Source: Lepidodermella squamata
Lineage: Eukaryota; Animalia; Gastrotricha
DNA: 64,000 bases
Reading direction: 5' to 3'
NCBI GenBank assembly: GCA_047495785.1
Contig: JBLDXI010000073.1
Location: 310,001 to 374,000, forward strand
Part shown: in pieces, positions 12,907 through 25,085 of the stretch
How the letters are laid out: each line of letters starts with the position of its first letter
Numbering within the stretch: position 1 is the first letter of the stretch
Made by a program: the position numbers and the translations under genes
The notes under the pieces: model-generated
What the model saw: the letters and a program-made list of their open reading frames with translations, nothing else
What the model was told of the DNA's origin: nothing
Database searches by the model: none

Positions 12907-13450
12907 ATGACAGCACTGATGGTTACAAGCAGGGTTCATTTTTCAAACGCCTTGGTTGAGCGATGCTACAGGTGCATTCCAAGCAAGACTACCAATTGCG
13001 AAGATCCAAACAACTTCGAAGTGTTCCAGTGCCCATCGGATTTCAATTATGCGTGTGTTTACTTCTACAGCGAACTGTGAGCATTTTATAGTTTAATTTA
13101 CTTTTGTGATTCGCTTTGCTTTCAGGGAAGGCGGTTTACGCGGTTGCTTGGATACAAGTAGTTGCAAATCATATCAATTGGGACAGTGCTGCACAGAAGA
13201 CCTGTGCAACAACCAAACAGCAACGCCACTGCCGACTAAAACTGTGATGGAGATGGATACCAGTCTAATGGATCCCAGTTTGAATGACTTCACAGCGTCT
13301 GATACCGTTGTCTTAATGTGTGTCGTGCTTTCAGTGGTCGCTGGCGTTTATTACTTCAGGATAGTGCAAAGGAAAAATATTACTTCGAATAACGTCTCCG
13401 ACGTTGAAAAATTGACTTTGAATGATAACGACCAACAACATGCCGTATAG
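12907..13450 (+). CDS. Ly6/uPAR (three-finger) type I membrane protein, copy 2; exons 12907-13076, 13126-13450
   Basis: CYRC...CC-x4-CN with 10 Cys, phase-2 GT-AG intron in frame, TM VVLMCVVLSVVAGVYYF; the start and signal peptide are uncertain. Confidence 0.8.
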
Positions 13451-13855
13451 ACTGCAGAAAATGATCCTTTGACGGGGGATAATGTTTGGAATTGTTTTAC
13501 TATCAAATATCGAACATGTGAATTTCAGCTACACAACATTATTTCAATTAAGATGTGAAGTCTTAATGTTGAGAAGTACTTTGTTTCGTCAGTGAGGTGC
13601 CTTTCATAATTAACTGTTTTTTCTATTTGCTCCGATCGAAAATGCGATAATTGCAAGCCATTTCGATGTAAATAAATAAATAATTAAGACATACTGCGTC
13701 GGCTACAGTAAAAGCTTGTTTATTCGCATAAACTATTTTCGCAATCGTTAAATTTTGATGTAAGCTATCTGATGAAGTTATATTGTCGAAGCATCACCTC
13801 ATCTTTCATAGATGTGAGTCCAACAGTTCATCTAGCCTAAAATTGTTATAGCTTA

Positions 13856-14373
13856 GGGAGCATCCATGAATAACGTCACGCTCAAAATCGCGATTTTTCG
13901 ACCCCTCCCCCCCTTGATGTCACAAAAGCTGACCCTCCCCCCTCTACCCCGATGTCACAGCCTATAGTCGCCCCTTTTCTCGTGAAAAATAGTAACATTT
14001 TTTATACTCTTCCGCACCTAACCAGGAAAAACCTATCATCCAATTATCAGACGCATTAGCAATTGAATTGAGTTGTTCTTTGTTTACTTTCCGTGTGTCG
14101 AATGCACACCTCACATGACGCAACACCTGTTCTTCAACCGGCATTAGTGCGCCCATCTTGCCTCATTTCACACTCAGAAAACATTTTAAAAGAATAAGAA
14201 TATGCAGATGAGTAAGATAGTACGCTTAGCGTTGTTTCACAAATGGGATGCGGTTTTGGCGTTTTTAAGAATAAACTCTTGTCACACCACGTCAGACCCC
14301 CCTCCGTCTCATGTCACACTTTAGCTGACCCCCCCTCCCCCCTCGGAGCGTGACGTTATTTATGGATGCTCCC
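13856..14373. mobile_element. PIF/Harbinger (Tourist-like) MITE
   Basis: TIR GGGAGCATCCATRAATAACGTCACGCTC at both ends; TTA TSD at 13853-55 and 14374-76. Confidence 0.9.
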
Positions 14374-14384
14374 TTATTGTTAGT

Positions 14385-14745
14385 CTATCTTTTTCCGATT
14401 GCATCAGCTATCTCAAGTTCTCTCACAATCTCGCACTTGGATTCCGCCTCGTTGCGCTCAATATGGCCGTAGCAAGCCGTTCGGCGATAGTTAGACCACT
14501 TCAGGTCCAAATCTCGAATGATGAAACCATGGTGAAGGTCGAAATTACGGGTGATAGCACTAAGCCGGCAGCTACGAGCGATTTTGCAGCCCAGCAAGAC
14601 GCGTAGGTCCCAGATCGGTCGACTTTGGTCGGATCCTTATTAGAAACGGCTCCTCCGTATGTAACGACGATTATCTTCGGGCCAGCCAGACCCGCATCAC
14701 CCTTCGTCCAAGCGAATGAACGAACCACTTGAGTTCAGGATCATC
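14385..14745 (-). pseudogene. S-adenosylmethionine synthetase (MAT) pseudogene fragment 2
   Basis: [55 protein letters not shown] / [31 protein letters not shown]; internal deletions and frameshifts. Confidence 0.9.
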
Positions 14746-14983
14746 TCACGGATGATCACGGAAATATTTCATTCCGGAGTCATAGCAACGCTCAATTGAC
14801 CAATCAGCGTGCGCACCTAAGTTCAACTTCCAAATTAAAACGGACGGTAGAATAACACCTCCGCGCTATCACAGGTTTCATTTACTTAATTTTGCGCACA
14901 TACATCCTCCTATTGATGGCCGACAAATTGAACACGAGCTGCTGCGAAAACAGGAATTTTGTCATTGTCGTTATACGCACTTA

Positions 14984-15362
14984 GGGAGCATCCATAAAAG
15001 ACGTCCGGCTAAAATGGCATTTTTCTGACCCCTCTTCCCGCTGATGTCACATCTACTGAACCCCCCTTTTCGCATGTCACAAACAGGACAAGATCAAACA
15101 ACTTGAAAATGCCAATAGCAACACCTAGCATCTAAGGATAGCGCGGATTATTATCAGCACCCATATTCGCTAGCCACCATCAATACCGACTTAATAACTG
15201 CGTCCTCGTTTTGTCACTCTGGTAACAGCTGTTTCAAATACGCCGCGTGTGACTGCGCACTTATCTCAATGAAAATTAGCGAAAATCTCGCGTGTCCGGC
15301 ATCGCTCGACCTCACTTAGTCGCGAGTCACACTTTGGTCGACCCCCCCCCCCCCCCCCCCCC
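14984..15362. mobile_element. PIF/Harbinger MITE relative, right end lost
   Basis: TTA|GGGAGCATCCATAAAAGACGTC left end; subterminal GTCACACTTT...GACCCCCC as in 13856-14373. Confidence 0.65.
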
Positions 15363-15835
15363 GTCCGCGACAAGTCATCCGGTGACAACTCATCCGCGAC
15401 AACTCGTCCAGCGACAACTCATCCGAAATTAAATTAATATTTTAATAATTATTTTTAGTGACAACTCATCCGGTGACAACTGGTCCGGCCCGGCCGAGTT
15501 GTCGCGGATGAGTTGACACAAAAATTAAATAATTAATTATTTTTTAATTATTTCGATTTTCGGACAACTCGTCCACGGTCAACTCGTCCGAAATTCGAAA
15601 TATAACATGAGTTAGTAAATTCAGGATGAGTTGTCCGTGGACGAGTTGTCCGAAAATCGAAATAATTAAAAAATAATTAATTATTTAATTTTTGTGTCAA
15701 CTCATCCGCGACAACTCGGCCGGGCCGGACCAGTTGTCACCGGATGAGTTGTCACTAAAAATAATTATTTAAATATTAATTTAATTTCGGATGAGTTGTC
15801 GCTGGACGAGTTGACCGCGGATGAGTTGACGCCCC
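15363..15835. repeat. long palindromic (foldback) element with GACAACTCRTCC sub-repeats
   Basis: ~210-bp near-perfect arms (15386-15595 / 15617-15830) around a ~20-bp spacer. Confidence 0.85.
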
Positions 15836-16217
15836 ACGAAAATTAGCTGAAGGTTCGATTTGCAAGCAATTTAAACCACTTTGATGCAAAAAATGTCAGA
15901 CCTTGGCATTTTGCAAAATTATAAATAATAAATAATTACCTATAATATTCATTTACCGCTTTTAAATCGATAGTCTCCACTTTAGTTTTAATTTTCAATT
16001 AAATGGCGGCAAGTGCTACCCCTATTTGTTTATGTCCAACGCTCAAATGTATCGTTCATTTTTGTCGAAATAACCGCAAGATGATCGCAATGCACACTGA
16101 GCCTGAGCTGGCTGCAAGCCATTCATAAATTCGTGTTGTAGTGACCTAATTAATTATTGTGTGGAAATGGTTGTGTGTTGCAAACAAAGCGTGAGCAAGT
16201 TTTATTGCTATGTGATA

Positions 16218-19040
16218 TTTATTTATTTTATTTATTTAAGAGCACAAATCCCAAAGTTGAGAGCTCATAGAAAAGAAAGTTTGCTTGAAGTAAAAATTAG
16301 TAGCAGATTATCTTGTCAATTCGGTCCGTTTCAGCATCAGTATTTCCAACAAAGATTCAACAATTATATTTTTTTCAGATTAGGTTTAGATAAAAAATAT
16401 TTATAAACAAGTTGACGGCAAGAAAAGGCATCGTAACAAATTTTGAAACCACAATCACATCTTGGCGGTAGGTTAGTGTAGTTCATAATGTCGATTGGGC
16501 GATGATGAGGGCAGTGAAAATATAAAGGTAGAGTGTTGAACAGACTAGGACCGGTGAAGCTAAGAGAGGCCTGACCGTAGTCCAGACGCATACGCGGTAT
16601 TTTGAATGAGAGCTGGGAGTAACGAGTGCGAGACGGAGGCTTCAGTACAAAAATAGATTTGATGGACACAGGCGCGTCGCCGACAACACAACGGTACATG
16701 AGAGTAGCAATATGTACATTACGCTTGCCTTGCAGGTCGAGCCATTCTAATTCATCACGAAGAGGAGAGGCGTCAGCGGAATCAGAAGCATTCATAATTA
16801 TTCTCACTGCTTTGTCCTGAAGAGATTGCAATCGTTTCAAAGATGTGTCACAAGCTTCACCAAGTAATACAGGGTGACTTTTTTATAGTGGCAATAATCC
16901 ATGTTAGCAATAATTGCGTCTAGTACTGAATCATCTTTGTATGGCGAGTACTTGCATGTCGATTTCTCCAAACTTAACGAACTCGTGCTAGCAATAAAAT
17001 TTTATGAATGGCCTGGTATTACGCGATAATTATCAGATAGAGTTTGAAGAGTTTGGAGAAATCGACTTTAGTGCAGTGCAAGTACTCGCAATACTAGACA
17101 GTACTAGTCCCGATTAATGCTAACAAAGATTATTTCCACTATAAAAAAGTCACCCTGTACATCGCAATACTGTAAATGAGAAAAAACTAGACCATTAGCC
17201 ATTAATTTCAAGCAATTCCTGTTTAGTCCGTTCTTAGACGCTAGATGAAGAGCAAATAAGCCTTTGCGAGCTTTGGTACAGGCCTTGTCTATTTGCTGAC
17301 TGTATAACAGTTTTTCGTCGAGAATGAAGCCTAGAAGAGTGATAGAGTTGGTTTGATCCAGCGAGTTATCGTTAATACTTATAGAAATTTTTCTGGCGGA
17401 TTTACTAAGCGAGACTATCATGAGCTGCGATTTCTTACCGTTAACCTTAAGACAGTTTGAGCCTAACCAGTTGATAACATTATTAAGGTCGTTTTGAAGT
17501 ACTGATTCCAATTCAGAATCATTTTTGGCAGCAAAATAAATGGTGGTATCGTCAACGTATTGGATTACGGTGGATTTTAGTGATGAAAGTGGCAGCTCGT
17601 TAATATAAATTGTGAAAAGTAAAGGTCCCAATACAGAACCCTGTGGCACTCCATACTTAAGATCAGCTGTGTTCGAAATTTTTCCATTTACTTTGGTCAA
17701 TTGTTGGCGGTTAGAAAGATAGCTAGTTAATAATTCGATAGCCGGCTCGTCGAAACCTGCACTATGTAAAGATGACAGAATACCAGGCGTGGTTAAGGTG
17801 TCAAAGGCTTTACTCATGTCAATGCTAACTATCGCGATTGTCAAACCTTTGTCAAGAGCGCAACGCCAGTCGTTTGTCATTTTAGCTAGGCAAGTTTCGG
17901 TAGAGTGGTGCTTCCTAAATCCGAATTGTGAGGGCGAGAGAAAATCAATCTTTTTCATATAATTCTTAATTTGAAGAGAGAGGCAGCGCTCAAAGGTACG
18001 AAATAAAGGCGATAAGATTGAAATAGGACGATAGTTCCCGACAAGGTCTTTCGAACCTTCTTTGAACAAAGGCGTTACTGTAGCTAATTTCCAGGCGGCT
18101 GGAATCTGGCGTTCCAACAATACTTTATTGTAAATTAAAGCTAAATGCGGCGCTAGGAAATCGGCTGCCACCTTGAGAACACACTCAGGTATTCCATCTG
18201 AACCCGTCGTAGGCTTGCGCGGTGACAATTTGTTCAAACACTCTTTAACGGTTGACGTAGATATGGTTTGAAAATGAAAAAGTGACTTCGTTTGAACCTT
18301 TCTGTCAACGACTTGAGGTGTGTCGATGGATTCGGCTGTTTTGCTACCAATGCTAGCGAAGAAATCATTGAATTCGTTCGCCTTCAGAAGAGATTGATCA
18401 CTATCAAGGTGGGAAAAATTGGAACCTTTGTTTTTCTTGGGTCTGAAGTTTTCGATAACTTTCCACATTTTTCCTGAATCTCTGCCGGCCTCAGCTACTT
18501 GACGGCAATATCGAGCTCTCCTGACTTTACGACGATGGCGTTGATCATATCGAAGCTTTTCTCGAGAGGATAGCAAGAGATCAATATCACGATTGCTCGT
18601 CTCCACGTGGTTGGATTTTTTCGACTTCATTGACTTACGGTCGGGCACTGTTTCGGATATTGCTTCGAGAATAGCAGCATTGAGCTCGTCAAGCTGTTCC
18701 TTTGCGCTTTTCTCTGTTGGAAAAGGATAGTCCAAGCGTTTCCGAAGAGCGTCGATGAACCTGTTGGTGTTCATTTTGCTGAAATCTTTCCCCACGTTCA
18801 TCGAAGTTGGATCGACCTCTGACTTTTCGGTTTTCTCAGTTTCTAAGACCAAAGTGATTCCACGATGGTCGCTGATACCTTCAGTTGCGCCAGTTAGCGC
18901 TATTCTCTTTGAAGAGTAGGAAGTACAGAAGTAATCGAGCATTGTTTTGGATGCGGGCCTGGTTATTATTTTCCGAAATGCTAAATCCAAATTATGGCTT
19001 TGAAGTAAGTCGAGAAAATTGCTTTCATTATCACAATTCA
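16218..19040 (-). mobile_element. 5'-truncated L2/CR1-group non-LTR retrotransposon (end of APE + RT)
   Basis: ITRPASKTMLDYF (APE end), NYRPISIL, QFGFRKHHST, IDMSKAFD, GVPQGSVLGPLLF, YVDD; (TAAA)n tail at ~16218-16238; the ORF is split only by the MITE at 16870-17157. Confidence 0.93.
16870..17157. mobile_element. Tc1/mariner-type MITE inserted in the LINE ORF
   Basis: TIR CAGGGTGACTTTTTTATAGTGG, TA TSD (16868-69, 17158-59); removing it restores YCDV|LLGEACDTSLKRLQSLQDKAVRII. Confidence 0.92.
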
Positions 19041-19979
19041 CAATTCACAACATATATTACAATTGCAGGAAAAAACTATGGCCAAGAAAGCAGCGCGTAT
19101 GAACGTAAACTGCCATACTGTAATGACTCGCAATGACAACCTCGCCCTTGAATAACGAAAAAACTTAATCTCGGTTATATCAAAAATTTACTGAAATTCC
19201 TAATTCGCAGTCCACCTGTAAAAAGCTGTGTTCAGGATTAAGGTGGTGATAACAACCAGCCTTTTTCATTTCAGTTTTCCGCGCTTTCAATTGACAATTT
19301 TCGTTGAATTTTTTGGCGATCGATCTGGGTGATTTTTGCCGATTGCCAATTACGTAATTCTAACGTTCAGCTAGGAGTTAAAGGCGAAATGTTGACATAC
19401 GGGTGAAAAAATCACAGCCTTCGCTTATTTTTTCAAATACTGATTTCACTGGATTTTGAATTTTTTAGAATTTTGTTGCAATCATTCTCACAAAAAATCC
19501 TATTTCAAATGCATCTGAAAATGAGGCTCTTTTATATGCGTCGGTCTGCATTATTAACCACAAATCTGTCAAGTCGACGGTTATTTTGTTTCGCAGCGGC
19601 ATTAGTGCGACTCCCGCGTTCATTTTTAAATCGACCAATGGCGTGCGAGCAAATAATTGTTAGAGAAAACTAGCATTTCACAGTTATTTAGTGACCGGAG
19701 GAAACCACCGCGGATCCGTAAATGTGCACTTGGTCAGGCCTTGCTTAAAAAGAATTTCAAATGTTGCTTTTTCATTTCTCAGGTCTGAATTGAAGCGTGT
19801 TTTAACCGGATGTTTTCAATTTATAATCTTGTTTAAGAATTTTACGCCGAGCCCTGAGTTAGCCAACATTTGAATCATATTCCGCAGTAGACAGGTATTT
19901 CATCAATATTACATTCGTTTTATTCATTATTATATTATATTATATTATATACATAATATACGAAAAATACACTTTGAAT

Positions 19980-20013
19980 AAAGCTGCACGTTTACGCGCA
20001 CACACGAAGAAGG
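19980..20013 (+). promoter_or_regulatory. conserved upstream motif of the protease-ANK family
   Basis: AAAG(C/T)TGCACGTT(T/C)ACGC..CAC(A/AT)CGAAGAA is shared with 33540-33572 (-) and 41487-41517 (-), ~30-50 bp upstream of each ATG. Confidence 0.5.
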
Positions 20014-20041
20014 TTTTGTTGGTTTTTCTTGAATTTACAAA

Positions 20042-22702
20042 ATGCGCCACCCATTAGCTTCAATAATCCCCTTCCTCGTGCTGACATTCGGAGCCTGCCG
20101 AAACATATCATGCAACCTGAATTTTGATATTGGAGAAAATGTTGTAATTGCTTGTCAAAATAACGAGACCTGGTCCCAGTCTGGTTTATGTGTCCCCAGG
20201 CAGCGAAGGCCAGTAAGTTTACTACAAAGACATGTACAGCCGGAGTAATTTTTGGGGGGTTCTTCTGTCAGCGGAACCAAATTTACGGTGAGCGAAACCA
20301 AATATGCTGTAGCGGAACTAAATTTTGGAATTTTCTAGTAGCCTGAAATCGCTTTTTGGATATCTCTTGCAGGTCAAGATTGGCCACAATAATTCTAGAA
20401 AACTCACCAATGAATTAAGCGCACCATTCGCTATAAGACGAAGTGTTCAGTTCAAAATTCATCCTTGGCCTAAGTTTCGTAGAAATATTCAAAAAATGAA
20501 TTTTGGCATATTTCGACTTTGGTTCCGCTACAGCAAATTTGGTTCCGCTACAGCAAATTTGATTCCGCTCACCGTAAATTTGGTTCCGCTAAAAGATATT
20601 CCGATTTTTGGGTCCCCTTATCCGTATTGATATAAGGAGCTTGCATTCGTTGCGGATTGCGATATGCTGAGATGACCAAGGCTTTTTTAAAAAAGGAAGA
20701 AACATCCAAAAGGTAACTACTTGCGATGTTTTCAGCCTGTTTCCTGCTCCGGTTTCCCTAATCTCTTAGTTTCCGCTTAGTTTCTTGCGGAATCTCAACT
20801 TTCTGATGGCTGTCTGTTCTTGCATTTTAGGTTCGTGAAGTGTACGAGCAGTTGTGGAATGTAACAGCCCTCACGGACGACTTGGAACAGGTGCGGCAAC
20901 TCGTTGCAGAGATCGACGAATCCACTGGGCGCAAATTTGACCCGAACTGGCGCAACCCTAATGAGGTCAACTGTGCTTCTGAGTATGACAAAATGAAAAA
21001 TGGCACCCTGCTGCACCGTGTCATGTGCAATCGGACGCAATCAGACCAGCGGTTACAAATTGCGCAGATCTTCGTGGATCGTGGAGCTGATGTGAATTCC
21101 AGAGAGGAAAAGTATGGCTTGACTGCGTTGATGTTTGCGGCTCGGATAGGGCACATTGAAGTAGTGCGCCTGCTGCTGGATCGCAACGCTGACATCGAGG
21201 CCAAAGATAAAAATGGCTGGACGGCGTTGATTCACACGGCTTGGAAGGGAGATCCTACAACACTCATACTACTCCGATTGTTGTTGGACCGCAACGCTAC
21301 CATCGACGCCAAGGATAACTTAGGCCAAACAGTACTTATGATTGCAGCTCGGATGGTGCAAGTCGAAGTAGTTCGACTGTTGTTGGATCGCAACGCTGCT
21401 ATTGAGGCCAAGGATAACGATGGCAGGACGGCGTTGATGTGGGCGGCTGCGACTGCGATTGAGAAGATCGAAGTAATTCGATTGCTGCTGGATCGCAACG
21501 CCGACATCGAGGCCAAGGATAAAAATGGCTGGACGGCACTAATGGTTGCGGCTAATAATGGACACATTGATGCAGTTCGAGTGTTGTTGGATCGCAACGC
21601 TAACATCGAGGCCAAGGTTAACGATGGTAAAACGTTGTTGATGATTGCGGCTAGGGATAGGAACATTGCAATCATTCTACTGTTGCTGGATCGCATCGCT
21701 GCTATCGAGGCCCAGGATGACACATCGTTAATGTATGCAGCTAGGTATGGGCAAATCGAATTAGTTGGAGTGTTGCTGGATCGCAACGCTACCATCGACG
21801 CCAAGGATGACAATGGCTGGACAGCCTTGACGTGGTCGGCAAGGTATGGGCAAGTCGAAGTAGTCCGAATGCTGCTGGATCGCAACGCTGACATCGAGGC
21901 CAAGGATAATATTGGCTGGACGGCGTTGATGTATGCGGCAGGTAACGGGCGAATCGACGCAGTTCGAGTGTTGCTGGATCGCAACGCTACCATTGACGCC
22001 AAAGATGACAATGGCTGGACAGCGTTGATGTTCGCGGCTTCTTATGGGCACGTCGATGTAGTTCGACTGTTGCTGGATCGCAACGCTGCCGTCGGGGCCA
22101 AGTATGGCTCTGGCATTACGGCGTTGATGTTCGCGGCTTCTTATGGGCACGTCGATGTAGTTCGACTACTGCTGGATCGTATCACTGCTGTCGAGGCTAC
22201 GGCTAACACTGACGGGACAGCGTTGATGTGGGCGGCCAGATATGGGCAAGTTGAAGTAGTTCGATTGCTGCTGGATCGCAACGCTGCAATCGACGCCAAG
22301 GATGACAATGGCTGGAGAGCCTTGACGTGGTCGGCAAGGTATGGGCAAGTCGAAGTAGTCCGAATGCTGCTGGATCGCAACGCTGCAATCGAGGCTAAAG
22401 ATAATATAGGCTGGACGGCGTTGATTTTTGCGGCTAGGTATGGGCAAGTCGAAGTAGTTCGATTGCTGCTGGATCGCAACGCTGCTATCGAGGCTAAGGA
22501 TAGAGATGGCTGGACGGCGTTGATGTGGGCGGCCTGGCATGGGCACGTCGAAGCAGTGCGACTGTTGCTAGATAGAGGCGCAAATAAGAACGTCAGAAAT
22601 TCAGACGGCGATACAGCTCTCGATATCGCAATTTGCCGAAACGATACTGCTGCGGCCTTGCTGAGGACGCGAGGAGCAACTCGTGCAAAGTCATCCTGTT
22701 GA
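20042..22702 (+). CDS. predicted secreted protein: signal peptide + partial CCP + ~17 ankyrin repeats; exons 20042-20212, 20831-22702 (~680 aa)
   Basis: MRHPLASIIPFLVLTFGA signal; ISCNLNF..IACQNNETWSQSGLC CCP half; phase-0 GTAAGT/TTTTAG intron; uninterrupted ANK ORF ending AKSSC. Confidence 0.85.
20265..20600. mobile_element. MITE with AGCGGAACCAAATTT sub-terminal repeats, intronic
   Basis: Inverted arrays at 20270-20326 and 20518-20592. Confidence 0.7.
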
Positions 22703-23498
22703 AAGTTGTAGGCAGTGAATCAGCGATCAGTGATATCACTGATTACCCCTCTAAATTCAGACAGTACTCTTCCCAATGATTTCCGACATTTTCGAGATGC
22801 CGTTTCTTGGGTGTGACAGCTTTAAATTAAATTTAAATAAATTAAATTGTTATCTGCATCAAATCAACCGCTGTTATTACTTATTTGTGTTTCGCTAGTA
22901 GTCAAGTATTCAGTGGCTCAGAAGTTCTGATCGTCCTCTGCGGCCAGGAGATCAGAATTCGAAATTTCAACCATCACTTTCTCCGCACATAAAGGTCGCA
23001 TCAGTAAGAACCAAATGCCAGCTGATAGATCTCTTCTAGGAGAAATTCATTGATATTTTTTCAAATTTAAATAATGAAAGAACTCAAGCATGGTGCGAAT
23101 TACAGGGGTGCTGAAGTGTCGCGACACCCCAGCTCCAGGACTCCAATCAGAAGAAGGCTTAAAAAACCACAGGGGGGGCCCTTTGCTTTCAAAGAAATTG
23201 ATGAATAAGCAGACCAATTGGCGCCCATGGCGTTACACCCTTTTTCTCCTGATTAGTTAGTCTATAGTGATATTATGTCTATGCTGAATCAAACAATATT
23301 CGTCCATTCGTCGTTGAGGAGAACATGTTTACAATGTTGAGCAGTTATTTTAGTGGCTACCAATTCGATTCTCAACATAATTTAAAATTCGGAGCATTAT
23401 ATATTAATGAATGAAACGCGCTTTCAGTGGAGTCGTGGCATACAGAAGATCGATTTAAAATATATTCGAAAAGCTGTGACGCATTTTGAGTTGATTTC

Positions 23499-24916
23499 AT
23501 GATGCCGAAACGACGAAAAAATTACTCACCCGACTTTTTAGCATTCAGGCCCCTTTACATCCCTCTTAAAATTCTGGGCCTACTGCCAAACTGGCCAATA
23601 TACGACTTTGATAACGGCAGTTCAAAGGCATACAAAATCTACGCTGCGACGCTGCAATTCATCGCATGGATAAACGGTGTCCGCATTTTCACGGTTTTCG
23701 TCTGGGTCAATCAATCTAACACGCCCCTTTTCGCTATGTTATATCAAGCGATTACCGGCTGTTATCATTTGACAACAGCTGTGGTAAGGTGGAACCTATT
23801 CATTGGCTGCTGGAAGCGGAAGTTACTGAACCTTTTAACCCTGAAAGACGTACAACAGTCGATTTGCCGCGATGAGATCGCCAGCATAGATTCAATATGG
23901 CCGAAACGCCACTTTCACTTCGTCCTAATCACCCTGACTTTCGTCTTTTGTTGGTTCTATAACGCAGCTCTTGTTTCTTACCTTTTGATAAACAACCGAA
24001 AAGATTTTGGAGTCATGGCCGCTCCTCTCAACCATCTAATCATCGATGATTCTACGTGGAATATAGCCTCTGTCGCTATGTTCATCCCTTTCAGTCTGGT
24101 TGGCGATGGCGGGCTAATGTTTGCAATGTCCTTTTTCACCATGGCCTGCGTTACATTAGGGCGTAAGTTCCGAAACCTCTCGGATGAAATCGGAAAGTAC
24201 GCCAGGCAGAGTTCGATGAAAATTCGCCCATTGTCCGCCCATCAACAACAGGAACAATTTCTATGCTCTGAGATCGAGTTCTTGCAACGTGTCCGAGATC
24301 GGCATTTGTACCTTGTGAGATGTGGCCGCCGTTTAGACAGAGAAATGAGGTTGACAATCTTCGCGAGCCTGACCTACGGTTTCATTGGAACTCTCGGAAA
24401 TCTGTATCAAGCAATTTGGGGAGGTCTCGCGAGTTCCTTTTTGAAGAACCTTGAGAGTAGTTGGCTGGTATATGCCTTTTGGATGCTTATGGCTGCTATC
24501 GGGCCGTCAGCTTACATCTGCCACAACGCTGACCGGGTCAGGGAGAAGTTGTTCACGTTGAGACTGCAATCAAAAGGCACGGCTGTACAGATTCAAGTAA
24601 ATTTTCCTTGTTAAGTAGGAAATGGTTTCTAGCAAGGCATTTTTCAGCTTTCGATGCTGATTGGTCAGGTGACCACGGAACAGGCCTGTCTAAATTATAT
24701 CGGTGTTATGCCACTTAAGAAAGAGACATTCATGGCGGTAAGCTTAAATCGTAATCCTCGTTGCAGCGCACCCAAAATTGTATTTTTTTCTAGCTTCTTG
24801 CTGGCCTGTTGACCTATTTCCTGATAATGATCGACTACATTTCTGGTGAGAAGAGTCGTCAGAATATGCTGGCTTCTGAAGAGGTCTTAAATGCGAGCAA
24901 TCATTCCGCTTTTTGA
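23499..24916 (+). CDS. gustatory receptor-like (GRL / 7TM ion channel superfamily); exons 23499-24596, 24648-24737, 24794-24916 (~436 aa)
   Basis: N-terminal FRPLYIPLKILGLLP, multiple TM helices, C-terminal TYFLIMIDY (GR motif TYhhhhhQF variant), two phase-0 introns near the C-terminus as in GR/GRL genes. Confidence 0.85.
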
Positions 24917-25085
24917 CAATTGTCAATAAATTTAAAAAATAAGTACATCTCGCGTTCGGCGATGATTTCACTTCCCATATCCACGAAACAAAGGATTTGT
25001 CCCCAGTTAACAATTTATTGATAAAACGCCCATTACAGCGCTGGTTCAGTACATTCTACAAGATCAGCTGAGCGATTAAGTGCGA

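Noticed and set aside
20795-22546. Long antisense and alternate-frame ORFs over ANK genes (also at 30485-31144, 50386-53753, 56820-58768)
   Set aside because: Shadow ORFs produced by repeated 99-bp coding units; they have no independent protein features.
20831-22702. Endosymbiont (Wolbachia-like) insertion or contamination as the source of the ANK ORFs
   Set aside because: The ANK exons are joined by spliceosomal introns to animal-type exons and are surrounded by host transposons; an ancient origin cannot be tested here.
22688-22702. C-terminal KSSC as a prenylation signal
   Set aside because: The Cys is the last residue, so this is not CaaX, CC or CXC; pairing with the conserved C-cap Cys is more plausible for a secreted protein.
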